A stretch of DNA of 57,315 nucleotides from Verrucomicrobiales bacterium. GTDB lineage: Bacteria; Verrucomicrobiota; Verrucomicrobiia; Limisphaerales; UBA9464. The translations under genes and the position numbers were made by a program. This document shows positions 45,579-54,771 of the stretch, piece after piece. The notes under the pieces are model-generated. The model had not been told where the DNA came from. It did not search any database and saw nothing but the letters and a program-made list of their open reading frames with translations. The stretch is taken from NCBI GenBank assembly GCA_005805505.1, contig SYMJ01000188.1, positions 1 through 57,315 on the forward strand. The letters run 5' to 3'. How positions within the stretch are numbered: the first letter of the stretch is position 1; every line of letters begins with the position of its first letter.

Positions 45579-46484
45579 TTACAGAGCCACTTCTATGAAG
45601 GTGCCGGAGCGCCATTCCTTGTCCGTGGTGGCTACCACCAGTTTCCACCCCGCCGCTTCGAAGGCCTTGCGGACCACGCCGAACTGGGTCTCCAGGATTC
45701 CGGCCAGTACCAGCGATCCACCCGGAGCCACGCGGGCTAGCAATCGATCCCGCTCGGCGATGAGCAAGTCGTAGATCAGGTTGGCGCAGACCACTGAGTA
45801 GCGCTGCTTGGGTTTCTTGGGAACTTGCGTGATGTCGTCGTGGGTCACGATCAGAACCGCGGCGACCCCGTTGAGTTCGGTGTTCTCGTTGGCGACTCGC
45901 ACGCAGTCGGCATCAAAGTCGAAGGCATTGACGGGCTGATAGCCTAGCTTGACGGCTGCGATAGCCAAGATGCCGGACCCAGTGCCGACATCGAGCATGG
46001 ACTGGGAGGACGACTGGGGATCGCGGAGGGCGACGAGTTGCTCGAGGCAGAAGCGCGTGGTCGCGTGTTGGCCCGTGCCAAAGCTTAGGCCCGGGTCGAG
46101 AACCACGAGGGCCTGAGTTTTCTTCGGGACGCGTCGGCTCCAGGTGGGTTTGACGAGCAACCGAGGGCCGAGATCGAGTGGCTTGAAATGGCGCTTCCAC
46201 GATTCAGACCAGTCGCGGGCAGGAACCTTTTTGACCTGGATTCTCGCTGGTGCGACATCGATCCCATCGGCCGCCAGTGCTTGGAGTCCTTCGCGGAGGC
46301 GTCGCTTAATGCCCGCCACATCCTGGGTCTCGATCTCACCGTAAACGCTGACCGTGGACAGTCGGGTGAGGGCGTCGGCGTAGGACGAGGGGGTTTGTCC
46401 CTGCTCCAGTTCCAGCAGGACGCCCACGGTATCTTCAGCGGACAGGGAAGTGGTGATGGAAATGGATCGGAGGAGTTTGCTCAT
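45579..46484 (-). CDS. prmA: Ribosomal protein L11 methyltransferase
   Basis: Motifs: W.ESWKRHFKP, LDPGLSFGTGQHATT, MLDVGTGSGILAIAA. The ATG at 46484 forms an ATGA overlap with the upstream stop. Confidence 0.9.
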   Translation of the reverse strand: MSKLLRSISITTSLSAEDTVGVLLELEQGQTPSSYADALTRLSTVSVYGEIETQDVAGIKRRLREGLQALAADGIDVAPARIQVKKVPARDWSESWKRHFKPLDLGPRLLVKPTWSRRVPKKTQALVVLDPGLSFGTGQHATTRFCLEQLVALRDPQSSSQSMLDVGTGSGILAIAAVKLGYQPVNAFDFDADCVRVANENTELNGVAAVLIVTHDDITQVPKKPKQRYSVVCANLIYDLLIAERDRLLARVAPGGSLVLAGILETQFGVVRKAFEAAGWKLVVATTDKEWRSGTFIEVAL

Positions 46485-47104
46485 GCGTCTCGCCAAGGGG
46501 TGAAGTTGAGGAGTTGGATTTCGGTGCGGGGCTTGCCCGCCTTAATTTCACCGATGTCCAACCAGGTGGTCGAAGCGTAGTCGATTTCGAAGTGCTCGAA
46601 CTTACTGAGCGGCAGGTCCAGCAAGATGGCCAGTGCCATCCGAATCACGCCCCCGTGCGCGTAGACGGCCACGCGTTGGCCTGCCGATGCGCGGAGGATG
46701 TGTTCTAGGGCTTGCCCGACTCGGCCTTGGAATTGGTTGAGGGTTTCCCCCTCCGGGATGGCGTCGGTCTCGATGTGCTTCAGCCAGTCGTAGGCGCTCA
46801 TTCCGAAGCGGTTCTCGACTTCATCCCAACCGCAACCCGTCCACGCGCCAAAGTCTACCTCGCGCAAGCCGTCCACCAGCACAGGCACACCTGAAAATTG
46901 GCGCCGGAAGGGTTCCAGCGTCAATTGGACCCGCTGCATGGGACTGGCGTACACGGCGTCGAAGGAGTGTCGGCTGAGCCATGAGGCCAGAGCTTGGGCC
47001 TGAGTATGTCCTCGGGACGAAAGGGCCATGTCGATCGTGCCCCCGAACTTCTTGTGGTACAGGTCCTCTACTTCGGCATGCCGACACAGAAAGAGATGAG
47101 TCAT
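46481..47104 (-). CDS. Histidine phosphatase (phosphoglycerate-mutase-like) family protein
   Basis: Motifs: LFLCRHAEV ... SSRGHTQA ... VYAHGGVIR. Confidence 0.8.
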   Translation of the reverse strand: MTHLFLCRHAEVEDLYHKKFGGTIDMALSSRGHTQAQALASWLSRHSFDAVYASPMQRVQLTLEPFRRQFSGVPVLVDGLREVDFGAWTGCGWDEVENRFGMSAYDWLKHIETDAIPEGETLNQFQGRVGQALEHILRASAGQRVAVYAHGGVIRMALAILLDLPLSKFEHFEIDYASTTWLDIGEIKAGKPRTEIQLLNFTPWRDA

Positions 47105-47838
47105 GGGGCGATCAAGGCCTGCCGCTGGGCGGCGATGAGTTGCTGAATCCCTGGACGCCCGAGCGCGAGCAGGGCGGTCAACTCGGAGTCCGAGAATGTG
47201 GCCTCTTCGCCAGCGCCTTGCAGCTCGACGAACCGGCCTTGGTCATTCATGACCAGATTCATGTCCACCGACGCATCCTTGTCCTCGACATAGTTGAGGT
47301 CGAGGAGCGGCACGCCCCTGAAAATCCCCACGCTGACCGCGGCCACCGAGCCTGTGATGGGGTTTTCGGTCAGCGAACCGGCGGCGTGAAGTTTTGCTAT
47401 AGCAAGGCTGACAGCCACAAAGGCTCCGGTGATCGAGGCCGTCCGAGTACCGCCATCGGCCTGAAGCACATCGCAGTCGATACACAAGGTACGGGGCCCG
47501 AGCTTTTCCAGATCGACGACCGCCCGCAGCGCGCGACCGATTAACCGCTGGATCTCCTGAGAGCGTCCATCGAGCTTGAGCTTGGAGATGTCCCGAGACT
47601 TCCGGTCCAAGGTGGAGTAGGGGAGCATGGAGTACTCCGCGGACAGCCAGCCACCGGGTACCTTTTGTTCCTTCATCCAACGAGGGACGGACTCTTCGAC
47701 GGTGGCCGCACAAATGACTCGGGTGTTTCCCCACTCGATCAGCGTCGAGCCCGCGGCGTGCGGGGCAATGTGGTTCTGGAAACGGATCGGGCGGAGTTGG
47801 TCGTTGCGGCGACCATCGATTCGAACGGTATCAGTCAT
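47101..47838 (-). CDS. rph: Ribonuclease PH
   Basis: Motifs: RIDGRRNDQLRPI, GSTLIEWGNTRV.C, DCDVLQADGGTRTASITG. The ATG is at 47838. Confidence 0.95.
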   Translation of the reverse strand: MTDTVRIDGRRNDQLRPIRFQNHIAPHAAGSTLIEWGNTRVICAATVEESVPRWMKEQKVPGGWLSAEYSMLPYSTLDRKSRDISKLKLDGRSQEIQRLIGRALRAVVDLEKLGPRTLCIDCDVLQADGGTRTASITGAFVAVSLAIAKLHAAGSLTENPITGSVAAVSVGIFRGVPLLDLNYVEDKDASVDMNLVMNDQGRFVELQGAGEEATFSDSELTALLALGRPGIQQLIAAQRQALIAP

Positions 47839-47945
47839 CGGGTCGGCGAGGCTGGGTGATTTCGGCCAAAAAGCAACGGGTACGGCAAAGTTTGGGGCAT
47901 TTTGCTCTTTACGCTGCGCGGTTGAGCCCCGTAAAGCCATTCGTC

Positions 47946-48443
47946 ATGGAAGAGTTGGGGTTCCCGGACCGTCATTACGTTGAAGCGGCCGAAGGCTGGT
48001 TGGGGCTTGGAGATGCTGCCGAAGCGTCGCGGGAATTCGAGCGACTCAGCCCAGGAGCAGCCGGCCACCCGGTCGCGTTGGAAATAAATTGGCGAATTTT
48101 GTCCGCCCAGTCGGCCTGGCCAGAAGCCCTTCGGGCCGCTCAGCGGTATATTGAAGTGGCGCCTCAATTGCCTGCCGGCTGGATCCACCAGAGTTACACA
48201 CTTCATGAACTTCGTCGGACCGACGAAGCCTTTCAATTCTTGCAAGCGATTGTGATCAAATTTCCTGAAGAAAGTGTGATTCCGTACAATCTGGCGTGTT
48301 ACGCCTGCCAGATGGGTCAATTGGATGTGGCGCAGCGGTGGCTGAATCAGGCAGTTCGCATCGGCGGTAAGGCGTCGGTCAAAGAGATGGCCGAAGAGGA
48401 CGCCGATCTGGAACCTCTGCGGTCTTATATTGAAGCCCTGTGA
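47946..48443 (+). CDS. TPR-like repeat protein
   Basis: It has a helical-repeat pattern with YNLACYACQMGQLDVAQRWL. The likely ATG is at 47946. Confidence 0.5.
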   Translation: MEELGFPDRHYVEAAEGWLGLGDAAEASREFERLSPGAAGHPVALEINWRILSAQSAWPEALRAAQRYIEVAPQLPAGWIHQSYTLHELRRTDEAFQFLQAIVIKFPEESVIPYNLACYACQMGQLDVAQRWLNQAVRIGGKASVKEMAEEDADLEPLRSYIEAL

Positions 48444-48577
48444 TTGGCAGAGAAGGAGATGGAGGGGACGGCGTAGCCCCATCCGGAAGGCTTTAGAGCG
48501 CGGGAATTTTACGGCCTCTGCGGGCTGTGTGGGCCGCTGTTCGAATATCGAACCTTGTTCATCGTCAGAAGTGATAG

Positions 48578-48598
48578 CTTGTGAAAAATTTCACAAAG
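48578..48598. promoter_or_regulatory. CRP/FNR-family binding-site candidate (TGTGA-N6-TCACA)
   Basis: cTTGTGAaaaattTCACAAg is a perfect 18-bp palindrome. It lies just upstream of a ttgacc -35-like hexamer (48603-48608) and about 70 nt upstream of the cupredoxin ATG. Confidence 0.55.
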
Positions 48599-48664
48599 TC
48601 TCTTGACCCACAATTCGCGAAGATTAGCGTCCGATCAAACCTGAGGTCCAAATAGGAAAACGAA

Positions 48665-49369
48665 ATGAAAAACACAATGAAGGTTGTCTCGATGGTGGCG
48701 GCGGTTGCAGCTTCCAGCGCTCTCGCAGGCGAGATCACCGGTAAAATCAAGATTACCGGCGAAGTTCCCCCGGCTCGGGAAATCACCCCGATCAAGGGTG
48801 ATAAGCTGTGCGGTCCCTTGCATACCAAGCCCGTCATGACCCGCACCTACGTCGTGGGTGCCGATCACGGATTGGCCAATGTGGCTGTCTACATCAAGGC
48901 CGGTCTTCCGGCAGGCAAGACCTACACGGCTCCGGCGAGCAAGCCATTGATTGATCAAGTCGGCTGCGTCTATGAGCCGGTGGTCTCCGTGGCCATGGTC
49001 GGACAGACCGTGGACATCAAGAATTCCGACCCGTTCATGCACAACGTGAACTGCCAAGCCAAGGTGAACAAGGGCTTCAACATCGCCCAGACCACTCAGG
49101 GTGCAGTAAATCCCCGCGTGTTCGACAAGGCCGAATTGGCCATCAAGCTGATTTGCAATGTCCATCCTTGGATGTCCGGGTACGTCCACGTGTTCGATCA
49201 CCCGTTCTTCGCGGTGTCCGACAAGGATGGTAACTTTGTCATCAACGGCGATTTGCCCGATGGCAAGTACACCGTCGAGGCCAATCACATCAAGTCCGGC
49301 CTAGTGACCGGTGAGGTCGAGGTTAAGGGTGGTAAGGCCACGCTAAATCTGGAATTGGCCGTCAAGTAA
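48665..49369 (+). CDS. Secreted cupredoxin-like (type-1 copper) protein with carboxypeptidase-regulatory-like beta-sandwich
   Basis: A signal peptide is present. The candidate copper ligands are FMHNVN (His126) and CNVHPWM (Cys164-x2-His167-x2-Met170, amicyanin-like spacing). The C-terminus is DKDGNFVINGDLPDGKYTVEA. Confidence 0.65.
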   Translation: MKNTMKVVSMVAAVAASSALAGEITGKIKITGEVPPAREITPIKGDKLCGPLHTKPVMTRTYVVGADHGLANVAVYIKAGLPAGKTYTAPASKPLIDQVGCVYEPVVSVAMVGQTVDIKNSDPFMHNVNCQAKVNKGFNIAQTTQGAVNPRVFDKAELAIKLICNVHPWMSGYVHVFDHPFFAVSDKDGNFVINGDLPDGKYTVEANHIKSGLVTGEVEVKGGKATLNLELAVK

Positions 49370-49406
49370 GCTGAAGTAGATTCGATACGCCGGTCAGCGA
49401 ATCCAA

Positions 49407-49437
49407 GGCCGCGGCGTAAACCGCCGCGGCCGTTTGT
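49407..49437 (+). terminator. Strong GC hairpin with short T-rich tail (terminator or attenuator) abutting the ctaA start
   Basis: Sequence ggccgcggcg-taaac-cgccgcggcc gives a 10-bp perfect stem. It is followed by gtttgt and then the ATG at 49438. Confidence 0.45.
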
Positions 49438-50661
49438 ATGAGCCCCTCGACCCCTCAAAACCTTCATTCTGTTTGGTTGTTCCGGTTTGCCGCCTTGGTG
49501 GCTTTGGCGACACTCGGATTGGTGTGCATTGGTGGATTGGTGACCAGCAAGGGGGTCGGAATGTCGGTTCCGGATTGGCCCACCAGTTTCGGCTACAGCA
49601 TGTTTGCGTTGCCGATCTCCATGTGGATGACCGGGGGGGTCTTTCATGAACATACTCACCGGGTTTGGGCTTCTGGGGTGGGGCTTTTGGTTGTGTTCTT
49701 GGCCCGATGGACCGCGGGGAGCGGTTCTCGGAAAATTCTGGCCCGAGTGGGTTTTGCCGAGGTCTTGGTCGGAGTCATCCTCATGCGGGTCAACCCACTC
49801 TGGAAGGGTGAGGCTCATTTTCTGTTGGGAATTGGCGGTGTGGTTTTGGCGGCTGCGGCGGCCGGTTGGAAAAACGCCCCGGCTTCCCGTTTGGCGGTCC
49901 GCTTGGCCTGGGCCGCATTTTGGCTGGTCCAAATCCAGGGGAGTTTGGGTGGTCTCCGGGTGGTGCTCGATTCTTGGGCGATCGGTGGCACCACCGGAGG
50001 GACTGTTTTCGGAATGATCCACGGGTGCCTGGGACAAGTTTTCTTCGTGCTAGTGACTTGCTTGGCCTTGTCCCTCTCGGGTTGGTACCCACGATGGACT
50101 CGATCGGCCAGCGACCTTCGAGGATCCCACTGGGTGTTGTTGGGGACGGCCCTGGTTTTTGGGCAGTTAATTTTTGGGCTTTGGATGCGCCACCAGCATG
50201 CGGGTCTGGCTGTTCCGGATCTCCCCCTGGCGTATGGCCAATTGTGGCCCAAGACAGATGCTGAATCTTTGGCGCGCTACGCGGGCCGACGTGAAGGGGT
50301 GGACTCCATCACGGCCCTTCAGATTCACATGCACCTGTTTCACCGGATCAATGCAGTGCTGGCCTTCTTAGCGATTTGCCTGACCTTCCGATTCTCGAGG
50401 AAGCAGCCCCAGGGACATCCCGTGCGAACATTGGGAGCGGCCTGGTTGTGTCTGGTTGCTGTTCAGTTCGCATTGGGATTGTTTACCGTCCTCACCGATC
50501 GAGCCGCCGACATCGCCACAGCCCACGTCGCTGTGGGTTCGTTGACCCTGGCAGTGGGTTGCTGGTCTTGCTGGTCCGTGAGAGTGCATCAGCACCAATT
50601 TGCTGAAGAAAACCAAGTCTTGCCGGGGTCAGTCCTTCTGGAAATGCCCGCGGCACGGTAA
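49438..50661 (+). CDS. ctaA: Heme A synthase (COX15/CtaA)
   Basis: Motifs: CIGGLVTSKGVGMSVPDWPTSFG and HEHTHRV. It has multiple TM helices with conserved His pairs. Confidence 0.9.
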   Translation: MSPSTPQNLHSVWLFRFAALVALATLGLVCIGGLVTSKGVGMSVPDWPTSFGYSMFALPISMWMTGGVFHEHTHRVWASGVGLLVVFLARWTAGSGSRKILARVGFAEVLVGVILMRVNPLWKGEAHFLLGIGGVVLAAAAAGWKNAPASRLAVRLAWAAFWLVQIQGSLGGLRVVLDSWAIGGTTGGTVFGMIHGCLGQVFFVLVTCLALSLSGWYPRWTRSASDLRGSHWVLLGTALVFGQLIFGLWMRHQHAGLAVPDLPLAYGQLWPKTDAESLARYAGRREGVDSITALQIHMHLFHRINAVLAFLAICLTFRFSRKQPQGHPVRTLGAAWLCLVAVQFALGLFTVLTDRAADIATAHVAVGSLTLAVGCWSCWSVRVHQHQFAEENQVLPGSVLLEMPAAR

Positions 50662-50672
50662 GTATATCCTTT

Positions 50673-51686
50673 GTGAACGCTGCTGCTCCCATCGAAACCA
50701 CCGTTGCCACGCGGAATCTGCGTGGGTGGGTGACGGTCATCAGCGACTTGGTCAAAGCTCGGTTGACTTTAATGGTGGTCCTGACCACTTGGATGGGTTT
50801 TTCCCTGGGTTCATCCCAGGCTCCCGATTGGGTAGCTTGCTTCCATGCCATCGTAGGCACTTCGTTGTTGGCGGCCGGCGCCTCGGCTTTGAATCAGTGG
50901 TGGGAGCGTGACTTAGATGCTCTTATGCGTCGCACTGCCTCTCGGCCTCTTCCGGCTGGCATCCTTAGGCCCTTGACCGTTTTGGCCTTCGGTGTGGTGG
51001 TTTCCATTTTGGGGCTGCTGTGGCTGGTTTTCTTGGTAAACCTCCTGACAGCGTTTCTGGGGGCACTCACCTTGGCCATTTATGTGTTTGTTTACACCCC
51101 GCTCAAGCAAATCACCGAACTCAACATCTGGGTCGGTGCCATTCCCGGAGCGTTGCCTCCCTTGGTGGGGTGGACTGCGGCGACCGGCGAACTCGGCGCT
51201 GGGGGGTGGTCGTTGTTTGCGATCCTGTTTTTTTGGCAATTGCCCCATTTTATGGCCATTGCCTGGTTGTATCGGGAAGAATATTCCCAAGCGGGTTTCC
51301 GGATGTTATCCGGTCGTGACCCCGAAGGACGTCGATCAGCCTCATCGGCCATCCGCAACTCGATTGCCCTGATTTTCGTCAGCATTGTCCCTTTCCTTCA
51401 GGGAATTAGCGGACGGATTTATCTCTCTGTGGCATTGGTCTTGGGCGGGCTTTTTTTGATTCAGGCCATCCGGTTTGCCCTCCTCCTCAACGCCATGGCA
51501 GCGCGGCGGCTGTTTTTTGCCTCAATTTTCTATCTTCCCGTCCTCTTGGCCGTGTTGGTCATGGATCGAACTAAGGAAGAGTCTTCGAAGATCTCATTAC
51601 TTCGAGGGAGTTCAACAATTTCTGTACCACGCCCCGGCACGTTTGTATCTTCTCTACTGTTCCGTTTTCCGGGAGACGGCGCTTGA
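50673..51686 (+). CDS. ctaB: Protoheme IX farnesyltransferase (heme O synthase)
   Basis: Motifs: ALNQWWERDLDALMRRTASRPLPAG and YTPLK. The start is GTG. Confidence 0.9.
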   Translation: MNAAAPIETTVATRNLRGWVTVISDLVKARLTLMVVLTTWMGFSLGSSQAPDWVACFHAIVGTSLLAAGASALNQWWERDLDALMRRTASRPLPAGILRPLTVLAFGVVVSILGLLWLVFLVNLLTAFLGALTLAIYVFVYTPLKQITELNIWVGAIPGALPPLVGWTAATGELGAGGWSLFAILFFWQLPHFMAIAWLYREEYSQAGFRMLSGRDPEGRRSASSAIRNSIALIFVSIVPFLQGISGRIYLSVALVLGGLFLIQAIRFALLLNAMAARRLFFASIFYLPVLLAVLVMDRTKEESSKISLLRGSSTISVPRPGTFVSSLLFRFPGDGA

Positions 51687-51697
51687 TACCCCAATCT

Positions 51698-53509
51698 ATG
51701 CAATCCACAGCACCCCACGCCCACACGAGCGCGACCGATTCTTCGCACGGTCACGCGCATCATGAGCCGGGTTTCTTCAGCAAGTACATCTTCAGCACCG
51801 ATCACAAGGTCATCGGCATCCAATACGGAGTGTCGGCGTTGCTGTTCCTGCTTTTCGGCTTCTTACTGATGCTGGTGATGCGCTACCAGTTGGCGAATCC
51901 AGGCAAAGCTGTCCCGTTGGTGGGACCTCTGTTGGAATACGTCTTGGGTCAAGACGTGGCCAAGGGAGGCGTCGTGGGCGGGGACCTGTACAACTCGTTT
52001 GGCGCGATGCACGGCACTATCATGGTTTTCTTGGCCATCGTTCCGGTGCTCTTCGGCGCCTTCGGAAACTATGTGACACCGCTGCAAATCGGCGCGCCCG
52101 ACATGGCTTTCCCCCGGCTGAACATGGCGAGCTTCCACGCTTACTTTCTCGGTGGCGTCGTGATGATCGCGAGTTTCTTCACCCCGGGTGGTTCCGCCCG
52201 ATCCGGTTGGACTTCCTACTCCCCGCTGGCCTCAATCACCGATCCAACCAACCTCTTTGATGGCCAGACCTACTGGCTGATGGGCATGGTGCTCCTCATT
52301 ACTTCGTCCTTGCTGGGTTCGGTGAACTTCATCGCCACCATCATCCAGTTGCGCTGCCGAGGCATGAGCTGGATGCGGATGCCCTTCTTCGTGTGGGCTC
52401 AGTTTGTAACCGGTTTCTTGCTGCTCTTGGCCTTCCCCCCGCTGGAAGCCGCCGGTTTGATGCAGTTGATGGACAACCTCTTCGGTAGCTCATTCTTCCT
52501 TCCCCAGGGTCTCGTGGTCAGTGGAACCCCGCTGCAGGTTTCAGGTGGCGGAAGCCCGCTGCTCTGGCAGCACTTGTTCTGGTTCCTGGGTCACCCCGAG
52601 GTTTATGTTTTGATTCTGCCGGCCTTTGGCATCGTCACTGAGGTGATTTCTAACAATATCCGTAAGCCGCTCTGGGGTTACAAGAGTATGGTTTATTCGG
52701 TCATGAGCATCGGGTTCCTCTCCTTCATCGTGTGGGCGCACCACATGTACCTGACCGGCATGGGTACAAAGGTGGCCACCTTCTTCCAGACCACGACGAT
52801 GATGATTTCGATCCCCTCAGTGATCATTCTGACGGCGTTGTTCATTTCTCTCTGGGGTGGTTCCATTCGCTTCAACTCTGCCTCGCTCTTCGCGCTCTCC
52901 TTCCTGCCCATGTTTGGCATCGGTGGACTCACTGGCCTGCCTCTGGGTTTCAACGCCTCCGATATCTTCTTGCATGATTCCTACTATGTGATCGGTCACT
53001 TCCACTACGTGGTGGCTCCGGGTACAATGTTTGCCGTATTTGCAGGCATTTACTACTGGTTCCCCAAGATTACGGGGCGTCACATGAATGAACTCTTGGG
53101 CAAGCTGCACTGGGCTGGCTCTCTTTTCTTCATGAACTGCGTGTTCGCCCCGATGTTTATTCAGGGCTTTAAGGGCATGTCTCGACGTATGTCTGATGGT
53201 GGTACCACCTACTTCGGCGGTTTGGGTGGCGATCCAGGCGTTCTGAAGCTGAACAACATGATCTTCTGGAGTGCGATCGGTCTGGGAATTTGCCAGATCC
53301 CCTTTATTATCAACTTCTTTTCCAGTATTTTCATGGGCAAGCGCGCCACCTCGGACAATCCGTGGCAGGCCACCACGTTGGAGTGGTCCACCCCGACCCC
53401 CCCGCCGCACGGCAACTTCCTGCAGGAACCGGTCGCCTACCGCGGCCCCTACGAGTACAGTGTTCCGGGAGCCAAGTCCGACTTCTCCCCTCAAGGTGAC
53501 AAGAACTGA
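51698..53509 (+). CDS. ctaD: Cytochrome c oxidase subunit I
   Basis: Motifs: STDHKVIGIQY, WFLGHPEVYVLILPAFG, HHMY, and HDSYYVIGHFHYV. A TTG alternative start at 51683 overlaps the ctaB stop. Confidence 0.95.
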   Translation: MQSTAPHAHTSATDSSHGHAHHEPGFFSKYIFSTDHKVIGIQYGVSALLFLLFGFLLMLVMRYQLANPGKAVPLVGPLLEYVLGQDVAKGGVVGGDLYNSFGAMHGTIMVFLAIVPVLFGAFGNYVTPLQIGAPDMAFPRLNMASFHAYFLGGVVMIASFFTPGGSARSGWTSYSPLASITDPTNLFDGQTYWLMGMVLLITSSLLGSVNFIATIIQLRCRGMSWMRMPFFVWAQFVTGFLLLLAFPPLEAAGLMQLMDNLFGSSFFLPQGLVVSGTPLQVSGGGSPLLWQHLFWFLGHPEVYVLILPAFGIVTEVISNNIRKPLWGYKSMVYSVMSIGFLSFIVWAHHMYLTGMGTKVATFFQTTTMMISIPSVIILTALFISLWGGSIRFNSASLFALSFLPMFGIGGLTGLPLGFNASDIFLHDSYYVIGHFHYVVAPGTMFAVFAGIYYWFPKITGRHMNELLGKLHWAGSLFFMNCVFAPMFIQGFKGMSRRMSDGGTTYFGGLGGDPGVLKLNNMIFWSAIGLGICQIPFIINFFSSIFMGKRATSDNPWQATTLEWSTPTPPPHGNFLQEPVAYRGPYEYSVPGAKSDFSPQGDKN

Positions 53510-53542
53510 ACGTTTCCATTCCAATACTTTACCGATCCAATA

Positions 53543-54394
53543 ATGGAAATTCCCTACACATACAAAGCCCGACCTGATACGGGTCTCTACAACGCCAAGG
53601 TGGGCATTTGGTTGTTCTTGGCCTCGGAGATCATGCTTTTCGGAGCTTTGTTTTCTGCCTACATCCTTCTACGGGTTAGTGCGCCGGTTGGCTTTTGGCC
53701 GGATGTTGGTTTGGCATGGCCTCGTGGGTTGCTCAACATCCCGATTGGTACTTTCAATACGGCGGTTCTCATTACTTCCTCGGTGACCGTCGTGCTGGCT
53801 TGGGCGTCGCTCAAGATGAACAACTTCGCACGGTTCCGTGTGTACATGGTGATCACGGTCTTGTGTGCCTTTGCCTTCTTGGGCATCAAGTCGTTCGAGT
53901 ACAACGACAAGTTTAGCCATTACGTCATCCGCCTACAGGACGGCAAGGCGTTGACGGGTCACATCGAGGTCGATGGGAAGCATCCGAGGTTCTGGAACTT
54001 CAGCGATCAGTGGAGTGTGGCCAAGTTGGCGACTCAGAAAGTCACTAAGATCAAGGTTGAGATGGACCCGGAGCGTGACATGAATGGTCACGTTAAGGCG
54101 CACGGATCTCACGATCATGAAGTGCGTGAGGTGGCTGTTTCCGACATCGCTTTCATGGGCTCCTACACCCCGGCAACCCATCCGTTCTTTGCGGTCTATT
54201 TCCTAATTACCGCTTTGCACGGATTGCACGTTTTGGGTGGGGCGCTCGTACTGGGTTATTTTGCCTTCCCCGGAGCCAAGATGTGGAAGTCCAATCCGGA
54301 GCAGTTCATTAACCGCATCGAGGTGGGTGGCCTTTTCTGGCACTTCGTGGACCTCGTCTGGATTTTCCTGTTCCCGGTGGTTTACCTCCTCTGA
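53543..54394 (+). CDS. ctaE: Cytochrome c oxidase subunit III with enlarged internal loop
   Basis: Motifs: WLFLASEIMLFGALFSAY, FFAVYFLITALHGLHVLGG, FWHFVDLVW. Confidence 0.85.
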   Translation: MEIPYTYKARPDTGLYNAKVGIWLFLASEIMLFGALFSAYILLRVSAPVGFWPDVGLAWPRGLLNIPIGTFNTAVLITSSVTVVLAWASLKMNNFARFRVYMVITVLCAFAFLGIKSFEYNDKFSHYVIRLQDGKALTGHIEVDGKHPRFWNFSDQWSVAKLATQKVTKIKVEMDPERDMNGHVKAHGSHDHEVREVAVSDIAFMGSYTPATHPFFAVYFLITALHGLHVLGGALVLGYFAFPGAKMWKSNPEQFINRIEVGGLFWHFVDLVWIFLFPVVYLL

Positions 54395-54402
54395 TTTCAT
54401 TT

Positions 54403-54771
54403 ATGAGCCAACATAGCGCTTCTACTTCGGACTCCCATGGCGGCGATGATCATGATCACGACATCGCGGCTCACGTCCGAAACTATCTCATCATCTTTGG
54501 GGCATTGCTCATCGGGACCTGCCTAACGGTGGCGATGTACTACGTCGACTTCAGCAGCATGGCGTTGACGGTGGCTGTCGCCTTGTTCATCGCGTCGATT
54601 AAAGCATTCTTGGTCGCCGGTTATTTCATGCATCTCCTTTCGGAGAAGAAATTGGTCTACGGAGTTCTAATCCTCGCGGCGATCTTCTTTGTTGCGCTGA
54701 TGGGCCTGATCCTTTGGGGCAGTAATGACCTTCCCAGAAATTCGGCGACCAAAACCTTGTATGTCCCTTAA
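54403..54771 (+). CDS. Prokaryotic cytochrome c oxidase subunit IV family protein
   Basis: It is a small 3-TM protein. The segment HVRNYLIIFGALLIGTCLTV is typical of CtaF/CoxIV-like proteins. It sits directly after ctaE. Confidence 0.7.
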   Translation: MSQHSASTSDSHGGDDHDHDIAAHVRNYLIIFGALLIGTCLTVAMYYVDFSSMALTVAVALFIASIKAFLVAGYFMHLLSEKKLVYGVLILAAIFFVALMGLILWGSNDLPRNSATKTLYVP

